A DNA stretch of 63,856 nt, counting the filler, from Sluysia triapertura (taxonomy: Eukaryota), in NCBI GenBank assembly GCA_046118255.1. It is 4 parts of 4 records of this genome, joined end to end, with 100 filler letters (N's around TTAATTAATTAA, not from the genome) between each part and the next. Parts side by side here need not be neighbours in the genome. Positions count along the whole stretch, not along the records: positions 52,330 to 63,856 come from JBJNIA010183701.1; 3 more parts are not named here. One strand, 5' to 3'. The translations under genes and the position numbers were made by a program. Positions within the stretch are counted from its first letter, which is position 1; every line of letters begins with the position of its first letter. Shown here in pieces: positions 53,880 to 63,856 of the stretch. The notes under the pieces were generated by a model that searched no databases, was not told where the DNA came from, and saw only the letters and a list, made by a program, of their open reading frames with translations.

Positions 53880-55460
53880 ATAATGAAGTGTATTTCTTTT
53901 ACCATAAATGCCATCATAACACTGCTGGTAGTGTCCTTTATAAGTAAACGCTGGACGATGTCTCATTGTCAGCTTGGTGATTATTGATCTATGTTGGCAG
54001 CATCGGATGTCAGCTTTACACTTCGTTTAACTCTTTATGAATGGCTGGACAAGTTAGCAATGTATGTTTTGATTGACATTGACTGAATTTCCTCATCAGT
54101 AAAGTGTTTTGTCGCAGGTGCCTCACCAGCATGAGGTGAGGAGCCATCAACGAGATCATTTTACTTTCGAGCATTCCAATTAATGGATGGAATCCTCTGT
54201 GATTGTTGTACAGTTTTCCTGAACATTAAGTGCAATGTTCTTAACATCAACATCCTAGAGAAGGTTTTCTGGTATAAAACAATTGGCATTGTCCTGGATG
54301 CTGTGCTTAATAACGCTTTAACGTTGTCATATAGAAAAAGATTCAGCAGCATCGCAACAAACAGCAGTCGTAACTCATGCAGTTTCGATGACATTTTGAT
54401 CTCAAAAGAAGCTGAAGCATTGACGTAAACAATGTAGTGTACAAATTTCTTAAGATTCCTTGCGTGTATGTTATCTCAAGCATACAGACAGAATAATCTT
54501 ACAGCAAGAATCAATTTTCCTATCAGTATTCATAGAGTAGGCGTTGGTTACTAGTGAGGTCCTTCATCGGTTCACTAGAAGTCTCCACCTTATCAAATGA
54601 AGCTTGAGGATTAGTGTGAATGTTATTTTTGCATTTTTAACCCAAAGGTCATGTGAAAATTGTTCGACCTGTCTCATCATCCAGTTTCTTGAAAAATGCC
54701 TTTTATTCTAGTGCAGGGAGCATCCAATAATGTGAAGACTGTTCCTCCTAACATACTCATACTCCTGTAATACATTGAGCCAGAACTTCATCAGTGACAC
54801 CAGTAGTTCGAATAACAATGTAAGTCAAATAGACCATCTCTACTGGTAAAGCTTAGATGATGTCTTCGAATCATATATTTCTTAAGAATGACTTTCTGAT
54901 CAAATGCAGTTGTTTCGCTGTAAGTCAAGGTATTGTTGCGTCTATGAAATTATTAATAAAAATAAATCAGTATCAGTTTATTTTACCGAAAAGGAAATCT
55001 AGGTACCCACTAAATTAAATACAAGTTATCTCAAAACCTATTAATTTAGTAATGGTATCTATTCAACCCCAACAAAAATTATATAACTTAATTCAAATTG
55101 ATAACAAAAACTCAATGTTATAATAATTACAAAAATCTAATACAAATTACTATGGTAAATCTCTGCTTTAACAATAATATGAATGAATTAACTAGAAATG
55201 ATTAAAACTAAAAGAAAGTTAACAACCTTTATAACTATCTTAAGTATATAATAATTTGTCCAAAATAAAAAAGAAAACCAAAGGTGACACAACAAAAATT
55301 AAAATCAAACCATAATAATATTTATATTCTTTCCAATAATTCTGTTTCAACTCAATAAACAAAAAAACTATAAGATAAATTTTGTAGGGAGTCTCCCAAA
55401 AAAATCAAATTAAAACCAAATTATGTCGATATTCTCAAAACTAAATAAAAATATCCCGCA

Positions 55461-55495
<35 letters not shown>

Positions 55496-58400
55496 CGATA
55501 GCAAAAAATTAATAAGAATAAAATAATAACAAAAAATCTACCAAAATCATGGATCTTCACAACATTTGAGCGTTAGATACTTTGTCATCGTCTGATTGTA
55601 TGGTAAAATTTTTAAGTTCAGAGTTTCACGATAAAACACTCACGCAAATCATAAAAACTTCGTTGAGAATTAGACAGACAATACTAACTTTGACAATTAC
55701 ATGGCACGGTCTGTCAAACTACATTAGGTATAAAACACAAAAGTTTGATTTATTAGCAACCATAATTTGCTTTTGCTCTACTCAATCTATTTTTACTTAA
55801 ATTACTTCTCACATTAAAATAACAATGAACAATATTATTAAAATAATGAATTTAATCTCACTTTTTAGAATTTAATTGATTTTTGATTTTTCATACCCAA
55901 GTTTCTAATGAAAAATGTTTGCGATTCTTATTCACAAACAACCTATTCTGTAAATATTTCAAACTCACTTCAAACTCATAGCAATCATCTCATATTCAAT
56001 TCATTATATCTGCATCACTCAAAGTATAAAATTCAGCATTCCATAATTAAAACTTAATTAAAATTTGACTTTCCTATCATGAACTCGGTCAAACCATACC
56101 CTCATCAAAAGGTCTTTTTAAAAAAATTACGTACACAGTTTCAAATTCAACGTAGCATTCCTCATTCAAAAGTTATTCACAAAAACGTACTTTTTCTTAA
56201 TTAAGTTAATTAATGAAGTTAATTTTAATTAATTAATCTATTTTTAGACTTAATTTTATTTATGCTTTAAGATTTTATTAAGCTCCAAAGTTATTTACTA
56301 TTTTATAAGGCATTCATGAGGCTCTAGATGTTTTCACCTTCACCTCTCTGATTCCTTTATTTACTTCATCATGTTAATTATTATCATATCAAATTTATCC
56401 TTATTATTTTGAACAAAGATATTATTTCTCAAACATTTTAAAGATTTTATACACTTCATAATATTTCTCGAAGATCTTAGATGCTTATTAAGGTTTCATT
56501 AAGCATTACTTTCATCGATCCATTACTTTGTATCAATACTTTCTTAATTTTCTAGTTTTGTGCGCTTTTACTCATCTCCTAATCTACTTTCCAATCTATT
56601 CCGACACAATTATGTTTTGTCTTCTCTTGCGATGCAATTTCTTCACCGATTACTCTCACCTTTGCCTTAGTTCTGTCTAACTTTCATTTGACCGTCATTA
56701 TCGAACTGACCTCTACTTCAGTAAATTCTTAATGACACGAACACTTCCCTGTTACATTCTCATATCTTAGAAACTTTACTAGGCTATACGTGTCAACTGG
56801 CAACTTATATTGTTTGTTTGACTCATAATGCTCTGACTGTTGTTGTTGTTGTGAGACCTGCTCTAAGATTATTTGTCTTCAGCTGCTGTAACTTACCCTC
56901 TCGGTGGGCTGCTCTATGATCAACTTATGACATCTGAAATATAACTTAGGCACTTGTTTTGAGTATCTTGTCTCTAAGATATGCTGGATCTTCAATGGGA
57001 ACCTTAGCACTTGTAGGATAGGTACAGAGAATGTGCTCTTCACAACAGTTTTGCTTCCCACACTTAACTCGGAATTCACTGAATGCAACTGTCTCCAGTG
57101 AACAACAACAAGCTCATATATCAAACAATTTGTTCAATTTTGACATGCATTGCCATGATTTCTGTTAATGTCTTTCACAAGGCAGAAGAAGTCTGAGTTT
57201 TCGACTAATAGATTTATCAGTAATCAATCCAGCCTGGGATTTACTGACCTTCCTATTGATTTCAACTCTGTGGTTGTCTGATTTACCTTACTTAGGTAGT
57301 ACTAACCTAATCCATATGTAGATGGATCTGTTGGCTACAATTCATAAGGACTATCTCTGAAAGTTTCTTCTCGTTACTCGACATTTCTTTGCTTAGGCAT
57401 TTTAATCAGTTCTATAAATTATCTACAATTAACAAAAAGTTTGGAATGTAAACACTGCAGTATAATTAGATTATTGAATAAAATTGTTAATTCCGTAAAT
57501 CCTAAATAAATAATGTGACTTGAAATAGGCACGTTTTCAGCTTTAGCACAATCTTCTCATTCTAATATGTTCATCAGCATATACCTGCAGCTTGACGCAA
57601 CTGGTTGAAAATCTATTATTCCACAATTTATTATTTACCTGTTAAATGAAGACAGGTCAGAAGACATACTTCACCGTACGCTAATTTCGAGAATACTAAT
57701 TAGAGGATGATACGGTAACATTTTAAAGAAATGAAAAAATATTTACCGTGCGATTGATTTTGTAACTGCTGTTGCATTTACTAGTTTAAAAGCTAGATTT
57801 CATTATTTTCCTAACGAATACATTATTTTCACTAAAACAAATGAATACATGAAACAAAATAAGGTAATATACGGTAATTCAGTGTTCTTTTTCACCCTGC
57901 TAATTTTGTGATATAGACTTTTCCAAATTTTAGGCTTTTAAACTTAATGTCATTCTCTGTATACTGTAACTTGGAAAGCTATAATCGGTTGTTCCCATTT
58001 CTAGCTAAATACCATGAACATTAACAAAAGTAAAATACCTATTAGATTAATTAATTATATGATTGTTTTACAGAGGGACTAAACTAGGAAAAGTTAATAA
58101 CCACGAATTTATTAATAATTTATTATAATGAATCAAGGAATCTTCTCTAACGTTACAACAAATACCAAGCAGCTCTTCGAAATTCGTCTGAAATAGAGAC
58201 TACAAAGCACCTCTGAGTTTCGGCGATTACTGAGGCGATTCATAATTATTGAAACTTGTTTGGATTACATTTCAAACTACAGATACAATTAATGGAACTA
58301 TTAAAAAAGGTTCATCACAGAATAATATTGAATCAATTACTCTAAGTCTAAATACAGACTACGGAGAAACTCGTACAGTAAATTTTGATGATATTCATAA

Positions 58401-58773
58401 TCGAAATTTAGTTTGTCTTAATAAAAATATAAGCAATGAATTAGCTTATTTCAACTAGAACCTTTCTTTACATTTGTATTTGCGCCCCCATTTCAACGTA
58501 TTTATTTCTGGCGCCCAAAACTTAATAAGAAAATCATAATCGCAGAATACCAAATAGCATAACATTTCTAGCGCACAATTGATGTATGAATTTATAAGTA
58601 TATTTGCTTTGAAATTTTATTCTTGATGATTGTTCTTCATCAAGAACGTAAATTATGAAATTAGGTGATGGGATTACTTGATTGGTAAAAAACAAAAAAT
58701 TTTGAAAGAACAATTTTAAAATTTTTAGCGTCCCCAAATTATTATCACGCGCTCCCATCGGGGCTCACCCCTA
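53880..58773 (-). mobile_element. Decayed hATm-like DNA transposon, split by a ~1.6-kb insertion (about 54950-56540)
   Basis: Candidate terminus TAGGGGTGAGCCC at 58773 and ATG at 57400. Motifs in order: LFDI*ACCC..KVPIEDPAYLRD, CVGIDWKVD, LHIIGCSLH*N, FKKLDDET, DLTSNQRLLYEY, YIVYV..FEIK, NANCFIPENLL, IPSINWNA, SHS*RVKRSVKLTSDAA. The second TIR was not found. Confidence 0.75.
55600..56500 (+). repeat. Dispersed repeat R1, copy 4, inserted into the hATm-like transposase
   Basis: Same blocks as copies 1 and 3; it separates the two halves of the transposase. Confidence 0.7.
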
Positions 58774-59177
58774 GTTTGTGAATCTTTGAAATAGCATCTT
58801 ATTTTACTTTTGCTTTAATTAAATTTATATTAATACGAATTCTTGTAAATTCTAAAACTGCTTTTCTAAATCTTGATTTTTGTTTTAGTAATTTTTGTTT
58901 CATTTTCCAAACAATTTGATTTTCGAAATTTTAAATATTCCATCTAAATAATACAAAAATATTCGAATAAATGAAAAATCAAATAACCCAAAGGCAACTA
59001 TAATTAATTATAAAACAATTGAAATAAAACCATATAACTTAATACATAACTTAAAACCGTATAAAATCTAATACTCAAATGATCAATCTAAAATATCTTC
59101 AACTTAGATAAGTTTAAATTAATAAAAAAATAAAAGTAAAAATAATAATACTTAAATAAATACAAAGATAAGCTCAA

Positions 59178-62100
59178 TTATCCTTCTCCTCCACCATAAC
59201 TACCAGCGGGTGGTCTGTATTTCTTAGGTAAAATTTTGACTTGAAACTTATTGAAAGCGTATTTATCATTGTTTATGTTCTTATAGCAATTAACACGACG
59301 TAAGCCCGTACTTCTAAGGCAGTCAAGAGCATCTCTTGATTGTTTCTTCTCAAGACCACAAATATTCTGTAATATAATTAGCAAAATTATTTTACTTTTC
59401 CGATAGTCAAAAGTTTATTAATAAAGTAATATTTACCACACAAGATTTTCCCATAAAATTGTATTTTTAATTATTTCAATAGGATTTTGTTTTATCAATT
59501 CACTATTTTTGTGGTAGTAAACTAATAACAGTATTTTAAATTTTAAAATTTTATACGTAATAAAATAATTTGTTTAAAATTTAAATTTAAAATTTCTCTA
59601 CTTTATCATTTCAAAAAAGAATAAATATTAATATATTAATATATTAATATAAAAATTAGATTACTTTTAACCAACGCATCTGTAACAGTGTTATGGCCAT
59701 ACCAGTTCGGTCTTTACCAGATTTACAAGAAATGAAAAAAATTGCTTTCCAACTATGCGAAATTTCTTCAGCCATTTTTAAAATATTTACTGGTCTATTT
59801 TCATTACGATCGATTTCATATTTTAGATCATTTAATCGATCAATTATTTCTGAATCTTTCCAAGTCTTATCTAATTCGAAAATGGAAATGTGAGAATTAT
59901 TAATGAAATTAAAATATACTTTAAACAAACCTAAAAACATTTCATTAATCTTAAAATAAAATTATAAATCTTAAAATATCGTGGTAAAGTCAAAATAAAC
60001 ATCTTAAAATGTCGTTAACAGTGAAAGTACTGAGATGATCATTTTGACAATATTAATTCATTTGGAAATAAACATTCACTGCTGTAAAATTGTCTTATTT
60101 CTATGTCAAATATTATAAAGGAACATGAGGAATTTCTCTCAGTAACAACTATTATAAAAACATTTATGTGCAGTCATTCAAAATATTGTTTACAACAAGC
60201 ACTTACAAGTGCAACGCCACTTCTTTCGTTACGTTGAGCACCAAGACAAGGAGTAATATTTAAGAATTTTGTTATTTTAGGCATAGATTAAATAATATTA
60301 CACTGGGATAAAATTAGCTTATAGTTTGATTATAAAAACTGACAATGAGATTTCTGAATGGAGAAACTGCTGCCATTTTATGCCTGGATATTTTATCATC
60401 AAATCTAAATTTAGTTCTTCTATCCATAACATCCCTGCGATAAATTCAGCGAATGAATTTTTTAATTCCCCCCAAGTTGAATGCTTTAAGCGAACAAAAT
60501 ATTTACATGTATGTTTAAAAATAATATTTAATAATTTTGGTTTGAACAAAAGCTTACAAGCACAAATTGGTCAGTTTATATATTTCATGTTATATGATCT
60601 AAATGATATGTATAAAGTTGAGGAAATACGTATTAGCATAAAACGTACATAGTTACACCAACAAAAGTACTTTTGCATTAAGAATAAATCATCTTTGACT
60701 TTCATTTCATTAAGAATAGTATTTAGAAATTCTGTAGACGAGCCATTTGTTGTAAGTTTTGAATCACAAGCTAACTTGTGTAAGCAATTTCTTTTCATTT
60801 ATGATAGGTGGCTTTCTTAATTAATAGAACCCAAATTCAGCAGATGCACTTAATATTACTAAGGATTCTGCCACATCTTTAGATATAAAACCTTTAATGT
60901 TATTAAGTACTTACAATTTGTAAAGAATTCGTAATATCAGCATTATCAAAGAATATGAAATTTGTAATCTATCTAATGATTACATTTCCATCGTTCGGAA
61001 TAGATAATTACAGTGATTACTCATATTTTATATTCATTAATACTATCTGCTCAATGCCTCATATTTACCTTTTTTGTGTTCACAGTGTTTTATTTATTTC
61101 ACAATTCAAACTTTAAATCCTAATATAATTTGCGACCGCAGGACATCTTTATCATTCGAATTCACACTTATTGAATCTAATTCACGCTTCTTCAAACTAT
61201 TTAAAAAATTCAACCGAATTTAATTTCAGAACTTTACCAATACCGCCTGTACAACAAATATAACACAAATGACAGACTACACATTCGATTAAAACACACT
61301 AAATATTAAAATATGCCTGTGTATAAGTGGCACCTCGTTTATTAACTATGACTTCTAGATCTAATAATCTCAAGTAATTACATATCAAAACCCATCCCTT
61401 TTTCAGGTAGTCCAATTATTCCAGAATTATTGCTACTTCTTTTCCAACAATTCGTGATGATACATGGTCATGCAATTTATTTATTCTTATTTCAATCAAA
61501 GAAGCTATGTAAATAGTGCCGCACAAACTGTCACCATTTATCAAATATTTAAATGCTTCACGCCCACAGTCCATAGCTAGTACTCGTTCTTGTGCATAAA
61601 CAAGTTGTCTTTACATCTAATCTTATAATTAATCAGCAAAGCACACATTATAAACCACAGACGCCTTCTAAAATGCATCACATTCCGACTTATTACGGTG
61701 CATCTTAATCATCCATTTTGTAAAATTTGTCAGATTGTGTTATTCGTTAGAATTCTAAGCAGTGTTTAATTTTTCGTTACTAACCAAATCTAGAAGGTTA
61801 ATTAACAATAATAATTTAGTGGTAGAGTTATTTTTTACAATATGAATATATAAATGCATATTACAAATAAGGTATAAAACTAAAATTATTAAAATTTGAA
61901 GTTTATATGCATGACTTGGTAATAGCATATACTTATAAGATGATTTTGTATGGTTTTGTTATAATACTAATTTGGATTTTATTCACATACATTTTCTTAT
62001 GCGTGATAATCATTACTATATAATTATGAAATTAGTTTGAGGGTCACTTGTTTGAGTGATATGTAAATATGAAAAAATCATGTGAACTGTTGATGATTTA

Positions 62101-62591
62101 ATTGTGAATCCGAATTCAGTGTAAAATGGATAAGAAAATATAGTGACGATGATTCCAATGTAGAAAACAAGTACAGATCAGCACACATTTTAAAATAAAT
62201 ATGTGCTACCGACAAAATTAAGACTATCAGCTAAATTAAATATTATTAGTAGAAAATCGACGTATGAATAAGTACATAGTCACTAATGTATGATATGTAA
62301 TAGTGATTGTCAAATCCCGCAATTAACCTAACCTCTCGTCCAATAAATCTTTCTGAAATATTAAATGAGACAGTAAACAGACCATTCACTTTTAGTGGCT
62401 AGAAATAATCCTAAAATGAATACTTTAATACTTTACAATAAAATTAAAAAGAAATAAAAAAATTTTAATATGGAAAAATTAAATAAACCTCACTTGGATT
62501 GCCTATATTTCGAACATAAAGATCGTAATATGAACGAACACAACTGTAACCCATTAAATTTATTTGACGAATAATATTATTTTTGGAGATT
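59178..62591 (-). CDS. INPP4: Inositol polyphosphate 4-phosphatase (INPP4A/B-like), last three exons; 5' part lies beyond the window. Exons 62494-62591, 59665-59870 (alternative acceptor 59930), 59178-59366
   Basis: Spliced translation ...IIRQINLMGYSCVRSYYDLY...RPVNILKMAEEI...FISCKSGKDRTGMAITLLQ...ALDCLRSTGLRRVNCYKN...KYAFNKFQVKILPKKYRPPAGSYGGGEG*. It contains the CX5R motif CKSxKDRT and the INPP4 C-terminal YAFN..YRPPxGxYG signature. Boundaries are GT-AG with compatible phases. Confidence 0.92.
60050..61800 (-). mobile_element. Probable decayed KDZ/Zisupton-like (HMGXB3-related) transposase gene in an INPP4 intron
   Basis: Fragments in the expected order: QLVYAQE.., ECVVC.., SAP-like LHKLACDSKLTTNGSSTEFLNTI, YVRFMLIR, LNITPCLGAQRN, FLMFLYNI*HRN. 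Short GT-AG introns and multiple stops. Family assignment is from recalled motifs only. Confidence 0.4.
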
Positions 62592-63856
62592 CTGAAAAAA
62601 TATTGTTAAAAGTTTTACTTTAATAACTAACATTTTTCATTTTTTAAATATTTTATTTACAATCATTATAGAATATATTAAACTAAAGTTTTAACCGTAT
62701 CTGTTCAAATAATTAGGAAACAAAATGTATTTTCAACTAAACATATATTCGAAGCAATAAAAACAATATAGAAAGTAATATTTTAAGCTTAATTCGGTCA
62801 TTATGATATTTAGATTATTCAGAACAATGTGTAAAAGACTTAAGTACTTTAATTAATATCTACGAAAGAACAACTGTAGTATTGTTACTGTCATTTTCTT
62901 ATTTTATGATGCATATGAGGAAAAACCAAATTCGTTAATTTGTGAATATAAAGTAGAGTAACATGTTTTGAGACTGTGAAATATATTACGTTTCTTATTT
63001 TTATCAACACAATGTTCTACTTTTTTACATTCTATTTTTAAGTACTTTAAGGTCTCGTATTGACGAAGTTTTCAAATTGTAGAAACCTTTTGTTATCAAA
63101 AAAGTTGAAATTAAAAAAATGTCGTTTTCCACTGATGATGTACTACCAAAATTGAATAAGAATTCTTTAAAAGAGTTGCCGAATTTGATATATTAATGAA
63201 TGTGAGTTCTCTGCAAAACCCAGAACGTAAATTTTGATTAAGCATCGAATTAATTTATGAAATTGTTTCTATTTTAAAGGTTATTTCAAAAAAACAATTG
63301 ACGAGTTCATTGGTTGTATGGATAATAAATACATTCAAAATTAACTATACTTTAAGTATACTTCGAACATGTCTATATTCGAACATAGCCTAATATTTTA
63401 ATTGGTTTGATTTATTAGGAAACAGAAATTATTTCATTGACTAATGTAGTTCGCTAAATAAGTATGTGCTATTAGATATCAAGATTATAATTCCTACATT
63501 GTTATTTCATCACCTTCCTGTAACTACAAGATTAGATACAAATTTTAAAATCTTTCTTATTTTGATATAGTATTGATGATAATCTCAGAAATGTCTCATA
63601 AAGTTTTATGGTGTTCTAAGAACGAAAATAATTATGGATAAATGCTACTAGATTTTTGACAGAAACAAATTTATTAAATAATTTAGTGACAAAATATATA
63701 CAAAATGTAATTAAAGTCTAAATAAATTAAAAATCAAATACTTTGAACTTTTAACTTTATACTCATTAATATGAATGGTATACATTCTATGTATATAATA
63801 AATTACTTGCGGCACATTTTTATTATGATTCATTAGTATACATGACAGTTATTTTC

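Noticed and set aside
53900-54950. Possible Gypsy RT/RNase H (LIRWRLL string)
   Set aside because: Other frames give an ordered set of DNA-transposase motifs; no YxDD or RNase H motifs.
1-63856. CRISPR arrays, operons, rRNA/tRNA genes
   Set aside because: No regularly spaced repeats or structured-RNA signatures; the sequence is eukaryotic.

Overview
Very AT-rich eukaryotic (metazoan-type) scaffold with GT-AG introns, (AAT)n microsatellites and four assembly gaps. Three of the gaps are 100 bp and carry an artificial TTAATTAATTAA linker. No bacterial features, rRNA, tRNA or CRISPR arrays were seen. Two conserved host genes lie on the minus strand as small exons in large introns. The first is the 3' end of an inositol polyphosphate 4-phosphatase (INPP4; CKSGKDRT motif; exons about 62494-62591, 59665-59870, 59178-59366). 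The second is three phase-compatible C1-domain exons of diacylglycerol kinase theta (51014-51116, 42144-42232, 31444-31575), which the ORF track misses. Most of the rest is decayed mobile DNA and pseudogenes: a Buster-type hAT, two piggyBac copies, a Helitron, an hATm-like transposon, a probable KDZ/Zisupton-like transposase, an L2-like LINE tail, a foldback element, several ~1.05-kb LTRs and a disrupted FN3/receptor-phosphatase-like gene. The most unusual feature is an LTR-terminated cassette at 9456-14784. It has no visible gag/pol but carries tightly packed, intronless genes for two membrane glycoproteins and a RING-H2 protein, and related pieces recur elsewhere in the window. All assignments come from manual translation and motif recognition; no searches were run.
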